The position numbers were made by a program, and so were the translations under genes. Below, piece after piece: positions 49,323 through 63,089 of a stretch of 64,000 nt of DNA. Source of the DNA: Felis catus (taxonomy: Eukaryota). Position 1 is the stretch's first letter. Every line of letters begins with the position of its first letter. The notes under the pieces were generated by a model that was not told the DNA's origin, made no database searches, and saw only the letters and a program-made list of their open reading frames with translations. The DNA is taken from contig NC_058368.1 of the NCBI RefSeq assembly GCF_018350175.1, positions 24,368,001 through 24,432,000 on the forward strand, in the 5' to 3' direction.

Positions 49323-49995
49323 CTTGCAGGAGAGCGAGAGAGCCGGTCCGCGTACAGTTGGACAAGGACCAGGAAAAACCAAAGGGACAGCAGCATTTCA
49401 CAAATGGCATAAGGTTTGTATGGAAATGAAGCGAATTTCATATCATGGGATTTAAATTCAAATGTACAATACAGGAGAAGAATGAAAGATGGCGCATGAA
49501 ATAAAAAGAATGATAGAAACCGAGTGTTAGTACTTATCAATCATATACTTTGCATGCAGTTAATATCGTTAATCTTAACAGTTCTGCAGCCCACAGACTC
49601 AGAGTACTAATGAATCACGTCAGCAGAATGGAAGAGCACCCATAGATAACGCAGATAAAAAGCAGAAGACCTACCAGATACCTTTTTCAAAAACCTTCTA
49701 AGTAACTAACAATTGTAGCAAATACCATTCGCACAAAAAATTTGGTTACACAGACACAGCTTAATAATATATGTAAATATATCCATTATTTAGAAATGAG
49801 ACTATTATAGAATCTGGGTTTACCATTTGTCAATTTTTCCCCCATGGCAATGTAAAATTTCTCTTTAAAGTCTATTGGCACGCTTTACTGATGGCTGTAG
49901 CGGGCCAAATCTTTCCTCAACCCTTGACACACACACTTCTCAACATTGTCTTTGATACTGATCGGGAGGGAAACAATTTTGACGCTAGTAGAGTC

Positions 49996-50071
49996 TCAAT
50001 TTCAAGCACTTCTGAGTTTGTCATTTATGACGTTAATCAATTTCAAGCACTTCTGAGTTTGTCATTTATGA
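49996..50071. repeat. Perfect 35-bp direct repeat with 6-bp spacer
   Basis: tcaatttcaagcacttctgagtttgtcatttatga at 49996-50030 and 50037-50071. Confidence 0.95.
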
Positions 50072-52200
50072 AATGACATCTTTTTTGTACTAAATATCCA
50101 TCTAGTAATTTTACACGTTGAGGAAATATCTGTACCATTTTTTTTTCAATGCTAAGGCAGGGCCAATACAATAAATGGACACGCTTCTAGGAACGAATCT
50201 TTGAGTATATGTAGTTGTCTTTCCTTGAAGGAAAACACAATTGAGGAAAAATTTTTCTTTTGAAGAAAACTAGCAGCCTATTTAAGAATCTAAGTTCTTA
50301 TCCCAACTTGCTGATTCGAGCAGTCTGTTTTTATTTATAACACAGAAACCACATAAATCCATATACTTAATTTTAAAATAAAAATTAATTGGCTTTTTAA
50401 AGTTTCAAAGCTACTCGGTCAAAAAGAATTTCTTTTTAAATCATACAATCTTCAAGTAAGATCACTATATATATTATTTTCTAGAAAATGGGAAAAATAC
50501 TGTAATATTTTTAAATCACTAAACAAAATTTAAAATTCCCCAATACATAATGCTAGTTTTATAAAGTTCCTACATGCCACTTGATGTTCCTGAAGATAAA
50601 TCAGCATTATTTATAGCAACCAAACTCCACCAAGCTTTCAACGGCTAGAACAATTTCCACAGTGGTTAGTCAGCATTTTAGAAAGTTTGGAAGCCTGGAG
50701 AGGAAATTATCTCTGTTTTCTGCTATTCAAAATAAATACCCCATTTCTATTTCACCAGTACAAAGAATCTGAAATGGTTGAAGAGTACAAGCACAATGTC
50801 GATAAGCTGAGTTTGGACTCCACACAAGGAAGAAAAAGGAATCACTGGGCCAATTTTACAACCAAATTGTAAAGATGCACACTCAAAAGAATATTGTTCT
50901 TTGGAGATCCACTCAACTTCTGTTTGCTCCATTATGAACTATTTTGAAATTATGTAAAACTGCCTGTAAGGATTAGGAGCAAGTCTGTAGCCCAATCTGA
51001 GGTCCTCTCCCGGCAGGCCAGCACTGAAGGCACGGATGAGATGTGCCCACCTGATCCGAGCACACACCTGAGACCCCAGGGAAACGGAGGCCCAGCCCAG
51101 ATCTGGCTGCATATTGTCTGCTCATGCCATACATGAGGAAGCCAGTCATTTGAACCTTATTTCACACACACTTTGGCTTTCCATAAAACACCTGCTAATC
51201 CTTCCCATGTCCAGGCAGTTTCTCAAATAGCTTTTCCTTAGCGCCCATCCAAAATGCTAGGAAACTATTAACACCTGGCTACATGTTACCCATCAGTCAA
51301 CTTGCTCTAAATACAAAAAAAAAAAATCCTTCATAAAGAAATTATATTTGTATGGTACCCTTTTACAAAATATACACATGTATAACTTCTACTGTTGCCA
51401 AAATGCTTTCTTGAAAAAACAAACAACATCTACATTCTTTACTAGCTTTTTGCTTACATGTGTCTGAGTCCTTTCTTAACACTTCCTTAAAAGCATTATA
51501 GTGGGGAGTGTAAACCAAGAACTAAACATGTTAAAACAAAAAAGGACCTACAACCAGGTAGACAGTGCCAGAACTTGAGCGAAGAAATCAAAAGAACCAA
51601 TTTTTTCTATGCGTATCCCTTTTTAAAATCAATACTCTGCACGTTGCTAGAATTTACACCTGTGAACATACTAACACTAAATTAAAAGAAAGTAGGTAAT
51701 ACAAGCAGAAAGGCTCTTTTAAAGAAATGACTCCTGACCGCTCATGTGAGCCTCGAAATGATCGCCATTACAGGAGAAAATACATAACCCTACACGGGCT
51801 AGAAAGCAAACAAGCGATGTCTTAGAGGAGTCACTCTCCCAGAGGCTGCTCTAAATTTAGCTCAGCAGGGTACCAGGAACCGCTGGGGCAAAGGGCTGGC
51901 TATTTTCACTTCCCTGGATAAAAGACTCATTGGAAAATTTTTGCCCCACTCACACGCCCCATCACCTTTTCTCTTCACTCTGACTGAAAAGGAGGGAAGG
52001 TATCTGCTACTGAGAGCATGGACTTAGCAGGTGACTCACTGAAAACAAGGCTCCAAAGTCTGCCCCCGCCCCCCTGCCCCGGACTCACGTTCGCCCGAGT
52101 TCGTCACAGCTGCTCACGCTAGAACATCGACATTTAATAAAAGACTCAGGAGAAGCCACTGAGTATTTACGAGTACAAAGATGCTGAGGTTTTCATTTAC

Positions 52201-52273
52201 CTGATCGAGGCTTCAGGCCAAATGGCCCCGTGCTGTTGGCGGTAGGAGAGATGGCAGGGGAGTTGGCTCTAAT
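52201..52273 (-). CDS. LRCH1: LRCH1 exon (IRANSPAISPTANSTGPFGLKPRS)
   Basis: CAG acceptor, GTAAAT donor, 73 nt, phase 0-1; FGLKPRS motif typical of LRCH proteins. Confidence 0.93.
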
Positions 52274-53000
52274 CTGCAGGATCAGAAAGAAAAGACGGTT
52301 TAAAAACAACACCCGAAAGCAGAACTATACATGCTTCTCTACGTTCGAGGATTATAGTAAGACCGCTACCTTTTGGATTTGCTGCTTTGTGATGAAGCCC
52401 GGACCAAAAAATTTGATACTGGATGCATCTTCGCACTGCAAATGCCTTAAGCGGCATCATCAACAGAATGTTGTTTGGGGAGGGAGAGCTAATTGTTATC
52501 TGCTCAATAAAAAAATATTCTACAATCATGTGAAACTGGCAATCCCTTTCTGCTGCAGAATAGATGCGTGCATGTGTATACATACACAGGAACACACTCA
52601 CATCCACCTCACAGAGGGGACATCTGAGGAATGATGTCCTAACACAGCGAAATAAGAAAACAGATAACACTGAACAGATGTCTCATCTACAGGGAAGGCA
52701 CACACTGAATCATTTATGGATACCAGGACATTCTAAATATTGCCTGTCTGAGCCATCACTTTGTCTTCTATAAAGATGTTGCCATATTTGCTTTGCAAAA
52801 TATATCTTATGAAATTAATCCTTAATTATGGATAGGGCCAGCTAAGACTAGGATAGCTAATGAAAGAGACTCCCCCAGAGAATCTGCAATACAATTGGGT
52901 CGTGAATCATGACAGTCTCAGATTATGTATTTCTGTCAAAGATATTCCAATTCAGGCTGCACAAAATACCTCAGCTTACGTGAATCTTCAGGAAACTCAC

Positions 53001-53054
53001 CTCATTTGGAGAATACTCGCTCCCGTTACTCTGTAATGTTAGGTCATTTTGCAC
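53001..53054 (-). CDS. LRCH1: LRCH1 54-nt exon (VQNDLTLQSNGSEYSPNE)
   Basis: ttttttccttaag acceptor, GTGAGT donor, phase 0-0. Confidence 0.92.
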
Positions 53055-53245
53055 CTTAAGGAAAAAAATGCATGGTATATTTATTAGACCATAAAATTAT
53101 TGAGGCAAGAACTGCATCCTTCTGACTTCCATCATATCCCTGGTACACAGCCACACAAGGAATATACATGGAATTAATTATTCAGTGTGTTAAGTAGCTA
53201 AGTAGTTCATACTTACATTTGCTAAAAACATGCAGCTATTACATT

Positions 53246-53295
<50 letters not shown>
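53246..53295. repeat. (CG)4(CA)n microsatellite
   Basis: Directly visible. Confidence 0.95.
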
Positions 53296-53299
<4 letters not shown>

Positions 53300-54652
53300 A
53301 CATCTAAAGTATCACACAAACTAAGAAAAGGAATCTCCCAGAGCAAAGCGTTCAGCCCAAAGTACCTGCCTTGCTAGGTTACTAAGCCACTTGCGGGCTC
53401 CCACCCCCCCATTTGAACGAGAGGTTTTTAGAAATGGTACAAGGCAGCACTTCCCAAATACACAGAACCCCACTGGGAGCTTTTAATAAACGTACATGCC
53501 TGGACTCCAAATTACCTGCCACGATCTTAACGTTGTTCATTCAATGCCAGTTTGCTTTGGCAACCAAGGAGGAAACTAGCTTATGTTACTCAGATCTGCC
53601 TTCTACATATGGTGATCAAGAACCCCACAGATTACCCTAATAAAAATCTGGGGATAACTAATATAAGCATCTTCATTTATACTATGCCAAATCAGTATAA
53701 ATTTAAGATGTCTGTTCCTACTGAGGAGTGCTATTTAAAAAATATTCTGAACTTTGACAAATCCAAAGGAAAAACATATATTTAGAATAAAATGTCATTA
53801 ATTTCCCTATCCAGTTAAGCAGCTCTGTTAGAACTACTAACAAGTATCTGCAGGGCTGATCCCTCTATAAGCAATTCCTTCCTCTGATTTTTTTTCCTGT
53901 TGTGCCCCCAATACCTTCCCCAATTTGTTACTATCTATGAATGAGACTATCATTTGCAATTCTTCCTGAATGGAGGCCAGTGCTACCTAAACTTGATACG
54001 GACAGTCATCTAAAGTATATGTAAAGTCAGACAATGTGATGTATAAACCACTTCATAACTGCGGCCTCACCTGTCGAACTGGTGACCCAAGTCCAAACTA
54101 CCCCCCAAACCCAGGTTTACTTCCTTCTCCTTAACTTCCTATCTCTTTCCTGGTCTCCCAGAGCACCTAAAACACTCAGGATTACAGACCATGTCATATC
54201 CTACTCTCAAGTTTTTCAAAATCTAAGTCTTCTTCCCTTCATAATTTTTAAAACACCTTAAAAGGAAGGACAAGTTCATATCCTTAATACCCCAGTCCTT
54301 GACACCAAAAACAAAATGAAATCCAGCACAAGTACTCAACAAACACTGGCTAACTGAGTCAAGATTACGCTACAGATATTACTTTCCTCCTGAATGAGAT
54401 GGAGGAGAGAATGTAAAAACAACCACATCATTGATGAGGATCACATTTAAGTACTGTATCATCACTGGCACTGGCATTGCTAATCCGTTACTTCCTCTTC
54501 CTCCTCCCTGGGACTTCTAGAGCCAGCTATCCTATCCCTCCTTTTTAAAATCATTGACACGTGCCTGTCATGGACAGATGACTGCCCTAGAGAAGGGAGA
54601 CAATGAGTAAGAACTTCCTATGCCAAATAGGAGTCCTCATTCAACCAAAAAG

Positions 54653-54653
<1 letters not shown>

Positions 54654-54699
<46 letters not shown>
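54654..54699. repeat. Poly(A)-(TA)n microsatellite
   Basis: Directly visible. Confidence 0.93.
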
Positions 54700-54702
<3 letters not shown>

Positions 54703-54849
54703 CACAAAACACTATAAATCAGATGTGGAGTAGAGATATCTTTGTTCTAGAGGATTTGTGTCTCACTGGTATTCCTGAAATCACGCACCCAGGGTCCTAA
54801 AGTAACTGTTCACTGAATGCTTACTGGTTGTAGCAGAAAAACAGGATAG

Positions 54850-55540
54850 TAATTACATGATTGCTAAGCAACAATTGGGTAATCAAATTAACATCATCTC
54901 TGAGGGCCACACAGACATAGGGGATATCCTGAGAAGGACACAAATCACCCGTGCGGTATAGAATCTCAATCTAAACGTGGGAAATAGGAGGAACTTCTGT
55001 CCCACAAAATAAGGGGCATACACCATTGAGAAGAGAGCTATAGTCTTCAAAATTTCAAGGCCATAAAAACCAAGGAAAAGTTACAGAAATGTTCCAAAAT
55101 AAAGAAAAATGTAGATACTGCATGACTAAATACAACACCTGCCACTAGACTGGGCCCTACACTAGAAGGGAAAAAATGAAGAACATCATTACATCAACTG
55201 AAAAGTTTGGAACATGAATGGTAGATTAGATGAAAACATTTTATCAATGTAAATTTATGAATGTGATAACCAAACGTAGTTAGGTAAAATAAAATCTCTA
55301 TTCTCAGAAAACATACACTGAAATGTTTAGGAAAAAAGGACTATGATGTACGAAACTCTCACAAGTTTCAGAAAAAGAACTGTGTGTGGAGAAACAAAGA
55401 CAAGAAACAATAGAGCAAATGAGGTAAAACGTTGATAATAGGTAACTCCAGGTAAAAGGATGCCATTTTGGTAACTTTTAATAGAACCTTACAATTTTCC
55501 CCCACATTTTTGTAAGTTTCAAATTATTTCCAAAGAGGAA
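54850..55540 (+). mobile_element. Old L1 (L1MC-like) 3' end
   Basis: Motifs gtagattagatgaaaacattttatcaatgtaaattt and gtaagtttcaaattatttccaaa. Confidence 0.65.
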
Positions 55541-55542
55541 GC

Positions 55543-55772
55543 TTTTTTTTTTTTAAATTTTTTTTTTCAACGTTTATTTATTTTTGAGACAGAGAGAGAC
55601 AGAGCATGAACGGGGGAGGAGCAGAGAGAGAGAGGGAGACACAGAATCGGAAACAGGCTCCAGGCTCTGAGCCGTCAGCACAGAGCCCGACGCGGGGCTC
55701 GAACTCCCGGACCGCGAGATCGTGACCTGGCTGAAGTCAGACGCTTAACTGACTGCGCCACCCAGGCGCCCC
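55543..55772 (-). mobile_element. Young Can-SINE
   Basis: TSD gaggaagctttt; CpG-rich. Confidence 0.93.
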
Positions 55773-56969
55773 ATGAGGAAGCTTTTGAAGAAAAGCGGAT
55801 CAACTATCATCAATCACTCAATAATAGAAAAGTGGGCCTGCACAGGATCACAAGTATTGTGTCTCAAAGGAGAGAGCCCGTTGGAATGGTGCTGGGGCAG
55901 CCTTCACATAAGATGCTTCCTGATGTTCCAGAACTGGGTAATCCAATGATGCCTCTACCGGGAAAGACACGGTGCAGTAATTCTAAGGACCACACCGATA
56001 ACAACAATAGAGTGGCAGAGTCAGAGTAATAGCTGCCACCTAGGTGCCCCAGCTTGTGAGACCGGTCCCAATTTAGAAAAAATGAAGGTGAAGTTTGGAG
56101 AGATAGCCCACAGTTGCCCAGTTAGCAAGTCTTTGAGGTAGGATTACAACTCAACACAATTCTAAGGTACGGCTCTCAACAATGAAACCACAGTAGTTCT
56201 CTCTCCTCTTCCTCAACACAGACTTCGCTAGTAAAGAGTGTGAAACTGCTTCACTACACTCCCCATGCTCAGACACTTCAGGGGACATAAACTGGTGTGT
56301 ATAGCGGAATTAGCCATCCTAAACCCACTCATTAAGGAGAGATGAATTAGAGTGCCACCCAGGTTTCACTCCCAAGTCACCAGCTCAAACCTACTTATAT
56401 AACTGCTTCTCTGGGACCGTTTAGGCTCATCTAGTCAAAACTGCTTTCGGCAGCCAACCACATTTCACACACCGTAACTCTGCCCTTACTCTGCCCCCAA
56501 ATAACTCCCCCAGGTCACTCTGCTAAGGTCTTCTAATCCTCCTAGGGACTTCTCAAATCATTTGTCCTTGCCTTTCAAGTCTTTTGTAGTTTATTTTCTC
56601 CTGGCCGCTTCCGAGGCTTCCTTCTTGGCTCTAAAATTGCAACGAATGGGCCTACGCTTTCTGATGTCTCGGGGTTCCTTAGGGATCTCAGTTGCTACTG
56701 CCTGGCTCAGCAAGACCATCTGACCCAAGAAATTTCGAGATTTTAATGGAAATAGCCGACCCTCATCTTTAATGGAAGACGGAAGTATAATACACAGGAA
56801 AACTAAATAAGGCAGAAGTATACAAAATCAGAAAAACAGACCATTCATAAAATCAAATATTGGTTCAATGACTGTTCGATCCCAATGATAAATCTTTGTA
56901 GAATACGGGAGCCACCATTCCATGGTGGAGGACTGCACGGAGCTCTGGTTAATCCAAGAGCAGCCTTAC

Positions 56970-57006
56970 CTCACAAACGGGAGAGGTCTCCAGCTGTATT
57001 TGACCA
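56970..57006 (-). CDS. LRCH1: LRCH1 37-nt exon (GQIQLETSPVCE)
   Basis: tttttcctacag acceptor, GTAAGG donor; follows a 95-nt intron. Confidence 0.92.
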
Positions 57007-57101
57007 CTGTAGGAAAAAAAAGGATATAAAGTGGAATTTAAAGCATACCTACTTCAATGTAGAAAGAGAAAATACATTTAGTTACAAAAAGGTCAACATA
57101 C

Positions 57102-57191
57102 TTTAGTGCAGAATCTTGTAAGTCTAAGGCTTCTGCTGATTCCACAGGATAAAAGTTTACAACATTTCTCTCTGAAACATCTGTGCTTAAT
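57102..57191 (-). CDS. LRCH1: LRCH1 internal exon (LSTDVSERNVVNFYPVESAEALDLQDSALN)
   Basis: ttcctactctttag acceptor, GTATGT donor, 90 nt, open frame in phase with both neighbours. Confidence 0.92.
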
Positions 57192-57634
57192 CTAAAGAGT
57201 AGGAAAAAAAGATGTTAGCATGTTAGTTAAACTTTTCGTAGGTTCTATGATTTTAATAAATCCAATGCTTTGGGTCATATTTAGTTTATAATTTTAGTAT
57301 ATTAAAAAGTTATGTTTATCATTAGATTAAGTAATCAAAGGTTTATGGTAGAAATTTCAAGTTACATGGTATTTTCCCACCATGTGCAAAATTTTATATA
57401 ATTTGAACATCATTTTCTATCTGCTATTGGTACTGAAATACAACTTCTTTGCAATATAATAGCAATTTCTGCCAAAGTCATAATATTCATAGGTAGCACA
57501 AAATTCTATTCTAGAACTTGATTAATTTATAGAGGTAAATAAAATCGCTAAGAGTACTATATTATGTTACATGTATGAAGGGCATTTTGTTTTAATAGGA
57601 AGATATCTCTGATATATACTAGTACTCTCATTTT

Positions 57635-57837
57635 AACGTTTATTCATTTTTGGGACAGAGAGAGACAGAGCATGAACGGGGGAGGGGCAGAGAGAGAGGG
57701 AGACACAGAATCGGAAACAGGCTCCAGGCTCTGAGCCATCAGCCCAGAGCCTGACGCGGGGCTCGAACTCACGGACCGCGAGATCGTGACCTGAGCTGAA
57801 GTCGGACGCTTAACCGACTGCGCCACCCAGGCACCCC
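57635..57837 (-). mobile_element. Young Can-SINE with almost no poly(A) tail
   Basis: 16-bp TSD agtactctcattttaa (57621-57636 and 57838-57853). Confidence 0.93.
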
Positions 57838-59538
57838 AGTACTCTCATTTTAAAAAATTAGAATTCATAAGCAATTTGATATGCAATTTTATTTCTGAAA
57901 TTACCTTACAGATAGTTTCTGAATTTCTGCAATTTTAAGAGTTGAATTCTGTTTAAGATCTATAAAACCAGGAATTTCTGTAAGTCATATGAAAGTTACA
58001 AGGCTACTGTAAAAGGTAGGGATGAGTCATATTATATATGCCCTATTGAAAATGCTGTCAAATCTATAATCAGAAATCCTTAAAAAAGAAACCAAGATAA
58101 AGACAAAATAGGATACCAATATTCAACTAGGTTTTTTTGATGTTAAGTTTGTATGAAAGGTAAACCTCTAAAATTTAATCCTATAATCAGTGGTTTAACT
58201 CAAACAACAAAAAGTTTGGACCTATGAAATATGAGATAAAGAAAAACCCAATATTTATGTGTATTTTTATTATTAATATTCAGTCCCAAGCAGCTAGAAA
58301 TAAGTGACCTCTTGAAGAGCCCTCTCTTAATAGAAACAAACAGTGACCCTTTCTTTATCGCTATTATACTGGCTCACAGAAACATTATTATAAGTTAGAA
58401 CTGTCCTATCATGATAATTATTCAGGATGAACAACAAAGATCTAAAGCAGCCAAAGTAGTGAGTTATTTTAGGCAGCAAATGAAAGCCATATAAAGTTTT
58501 ACAATATGATACAATTTTAAAATAGCATTCCATAAAGATGCAAATCAATTAGCTCTTGGAAAGTTACTCAGGACTGTTTTCTTCCGCAATTCGAGCACAC
58601 ACCCACCATTCCACTCGCTCTACATTCTTGGCAACTCACTGCCTCAAATGTTTCCAAGCTAGCGAGGAATCCTGAGGTCCTCAGTTCATCGCACTTCTCA
58701 TGAAGGATGACGAAATTAAGGCCCAGAGCTGGGAACCCTCCTCCAGGTCACCGAGATCTTCACTACTGGGCTCCGGGCCCACATTCCCCAGCCACTTTTA
58801 TTTCCCCCAAATGAGGCTGTTCTTTTTCACTCTGTGGTTCACATATTAATCAATCTCAAATTTGTAAGAAGAAACGTTTATTGGGGGCGTGATACAACAT
58901 GCAAAAGGTACAAGTATTGAAATAATATATTAAGTCTGAGCCCAAGGGGGGTCCTTTCTCTGTAATGTCACACTTTAAGTCTCGTTTCTGGACTCATGTT
59001 CCCTTCCCATCTATACGCTTGGCCTTGGGAATCTCATCCTCATTATACAGCTCTGTTACTGCAGCACCTTACGAAATGACTTTCAAATCTAAGTCTCGAA
59101 GCCCCAGAACGAAACTCCTAGCAGCAGAATGGACATTGCCACCTTGGATTTTATTCGGCACATCCTATGCGGACCACAACATCCTCCTCCTCAACCCTGG
59201 GGCCCTCTTGGTTCCCCATCTCAGATAACCAGAAACCTGGTGCTCATATCTAACCAGTCTGCACTGTTTCTTCACACTGTTCTCACCACCCACCGCAAAT
59301 AACCTGCCAAAAAACTACAACAGTGCCTGCTGCTAAGGGTCTACAATTCATAAAAGTATAAAAAAAAAAAATACTAATTTAGAAATACCTACAGAAAAAC
59401 ATCCACAGTAATATATTTCCTTCCAGTTTTAATTTTTTGTCTGTTTCTGACACAAAATAAGACCTAATTCAGTCTATATAATTGGGATCAAAGCTTTGCA
59501 TTTTATATACTTTTAAAGTGATTATAAAATGAGCATTC

Positions 59539-59750
59539 TTTTTTTTTTTAACGTTTATTTATTTTTGAGACAGAGAGAGACAGAGCATGAACGGGGGAGG
59601 GTCAGAGAGCGGGAGACACAGGATCTGAAACAGGCTCCAGGCTCTGAGCTGTCAGCACAGAGCCTGACGCGGGGCACGAACTCATGGACCGCGAGATCAT
59701 GACCTGAGCCGAAGTCGGACGCTCAACCGACTGAGCCACCCAGGTGCCCC
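59539..59750 (-). mobile_element. Can-SINE
   Basis: TSD taaaatgagcattct. Confidence 0.93.
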
Positions 59751-61808
59751 TAAAATGAGCATTCTAAAATATATTGGAAAATTTAAAAAAACACATTGTA
59801 TCAGCCATGTGCTATTCCATTTTATAAAGGACCAAATTATATTTAAGTATCTCTGAAATATTACATTATTTCATTTTCCCCAAATGTTTGCTATAAAAAT
59901 ATCTTCCCCTCATAATCTTTGTTCATATCTCTTCATCCCTTAGGATACATTTTTAGAATTTATTTCAAAAAGTTTACATATATTTTAGACAACGGCCATG
60001 TACTACTAGGATGTCTTCTAGAGTGGTTTTGCTAATTTGCCTTCCTACTAGCAGTTTATAAATTATTTCAGATCTTCACAATCCTAAGAAGTAAGTACGT
60101 GGATCCCATCTCACAGAGGAGGAAACTGGCGTGCAGAATAGTTATATCTTAACCCACATTAGTGGTGTTGGAGCTGGGTTCAGAACCTGTGGCTGGCTGA
60201 TCCAAAATCTTTACCCCCAGATGAGCTGCTTCCCCATTCCTTATAATTTCCCACAAACACATACAACACACACACGTGTCCTCTTGTCCCTGTTTCCCAC
60301 CCTCTCACTGACTTCCCTGGTTTAGAATGTGAAACGCAGCTCTTTAAAGAACATGCTTTGATTAGGCATTCATGAATAAGCCAGGCTCTGAGCCACACAG
60401 TAGGGAGAATTAGGAACACGAATAATCGTATTTTTAAAGCACCACCACCTCCCTCTACATATGAAATAAAGTCTGGGCTCCTCAACACAGCATTTGAAGA
60501 CATCCTCAGCACCCCTCCGACTGCCCCTCCACAGCTTCTCAGCCCTGGCTGTGCATCAGAAGCACTGCCCAGATTTTTAAAAGGTGGAAACGGCCAGACC
60601 CCAGCCTCCCAGGTAGAGTCCACGCCTGCTCCACTCCTTCTGACCTCCATGCCTTTGCCTAAGCTTTTAATTCAATCCAGGGTTTGCTTTTTCCATGAAA
60701 TGGCCAGTAATTAAAGGCGCAGATGAACTATCCCAGCCTTCAGGGAGGCCAGCCCCGCCATCTCCCCATTTCCATCTGCGGCCAGGAATTCACTGGAGCC
60801 TATCACTTTAAGCACCTAAATCAATTACACTTACAAATAGCTACTCAAAGTCATCTCTCTACCATAGCTTAAGTTCTTAGAAGGCAAGGGCTGTGTCTTG
60901 TTCATCTTTATATCCCCAGAGGTGCACGCAGTAGATCTTCCCATGATCTCTAAGCACTCAATTAATGTCTACAGAACTGAAATGCTTTTCAAATCAATCG
61001 CTAAAGACTTTCAGCCAAACACACTGACCCATCACTATTCTTTTAGGGCCAAGCAACATTGGTGGTGAGCCATTACTGGCACTCTGGGACTTGCTAACCA
61101 CCCTTTTCATGAATTGCCAAAATGTGGTATAACTTCTGTGTTCACCATATTACGAGACCGTATCATTTTCATATTTAAGTCCACAAGACCCATAAACAGT
61201 TTACCAGGAATAAGCTTTGGATCTATTTTCCTAGTGATAAAGTAGTTAGTACCTGATACTGGCTATACTGTCTTACTGAAAAATATTTTGTTCACGGGAA
61301 TTCCATGATCCTTTGCTAAGAAACCAAAAAATGTATCTACTGCATTCTGTGCCTCTGATGACAATGGCCAATTCAATTAAAAACTTATCTCATAACCCCA
61401 ATCTTTAGAAATATATTGTTTAGGTAACATAAGTTTGGCATCTCAAAATAAATACGATAGCACTTGATAAAACAATTCTTTCATTTTTGGAAAATCTCCT
61501 TGGTATTTCTAGAAGTCAGGAGTTGAACTTGAGGCAACATCAAATATGCATTTTCATCGTGTTGCTATTTTCTAAGAATTATGCCAAAACGTCCCATATG
61601 AAGTTCATGAAGGGTGAATACATTTCATTAAGGGGTAGCAAAAGGGGGGAACGATCTCCATCACTCTAGAAGTGTGACTCTGACGCTTATGGATCTTGCA
61701 AAAGCTTTTCTTCTGGGGGGTTAGACTGAGCCCAAACTGTGTACAGACATTTTTAAAGGCGAGACGATATACTCACACGAAACCTGGGCCAAGGAAAGAC
61801 GCACGTAC

Positions 61809-61895
61809 CTGTCGGGATCTTGCAGCAAATCTACCGCTTCTCTCAGCTGTTCGATCATCGCCATATCCACATCCTGGTCTTTGGATGAACTTATT
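61809..61895 (-). CDS. LRCH1: LRCH1 internal exon (ISSSKDQDVDMAMIEQLREAVDLLQDPDR)
   Basis: CAG acceptor, GTACGT donor, 87 nt, phase 2-2; joins the next exon in frame. Confidence 0.92.
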
Positions 61896-62485
61896 CTGTA
61901 GCATGAACCAAGCATAAGAGTGACAATGATTACTAGAACATGGATATTATCTAGATTCTTAAGAGCACACTTATAAAAATGCATCTAACATGTAAAAGTG
62001 ATTTCCACAAACTCCACCTTATAATGAACGTGTGTCAGTAGCCTGCAGAGGAGATGGCCAGAGTGTGGTAGAAATGGAGCTACTGGGTGGGGGAAGCCTG
62101 GCTCTGCTATTAAATAGCTCACACAAAGTCTCAATGCCCACGGGCCTGTATCTGCTCCTCTAGAAAATCAAGGCGATGTGCTCTGTGGGTGGTTCCCTCG
62201 CTGTGCTTTCCTGAGCCCTGGGGGGATGCCCTGATGCAGCAGGCCTACAATACTTTTGCCTCTTCCAACTCCAGTGCTACCAGTGTGGCTTGCTTGGTTT
62301 TACTGCTTTCATACAATATGGGATTTTGCTGTGGGACAGTGGTTCTCACTCAGTGCAGGCTCTTCGGGCAGCAAAATCATCTGTGGCACTTGAACAAAAG
62401 GCCAAGCCAGAGACTGGGGCTCCACAGGCAGGGTTGAGAACGATTAGATAAAAGATTTAGAATGGGGCTTCCAAAGCCTTATACA

Positions 62486-62859
62486 CAGTTGACCCTTGAA
62501 CAACGCAGGTTTGAACTGCATGGGTCCGTTTATACACGGGCTTTTTTTTTTTCCCAAAATATATTGGAAAATTTTTTAGAGATTTGCAGCGATTTGAAAA
62601 AATTCACAGATGAAATGCATAGCCCAGGAATACTGAGAAAGTTCAGACAAAGTTAGGTATGTTTTTAAGAATACATCATATAATACATATACAAAATATA
62701 GGCAAATCAACTGTTTATGTTATTGGTGAGTCTTCTGGTCAACAGTAGGTTTTTAGTAGTAAAATTTGGCAGGTGGGGGGGGGAGTTGAAAGTAATATAC
62801 AGGTTTTAACTGTGCTGGGGTTGGTGCCCCCAATTCCTGCATTGTTCCAGAGTCCACTG
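62486..62859. mobile_element. Tigger2-type (TcMar) DNA transposon relic
   Basis: Terminal inverted repeat cagttgacccttgaacaa matched by a degenerate ttgttccagagtccactg. Confidence 0.8.
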
Positions 62860-63089
62860 TGGTTTAAAAGAACACCCTCCCTATAAAATCTCTTCCCTAT
62901 AATTCTTTGATTCTATAATCAAGCTAGTCCTCCTTACTATTACAGAAATATATTCAATGAATAGATAATACAGGACAGTGATGTGAAAGGTACCCAGCAA
63001 TGTTTTTAAAGGTCAAGAGATATTTGATCATGGTTCCTGCTCTCCACTACAGAATATAGGTCAACGTGTTTCTCTAGGTGGAAAAACTT

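Noticed and set aside
49996..50071. CRISPR-like direct repeat
   Set aside because: Only two copies, a 6-bp spacer, no cas genes and a mammalian intron
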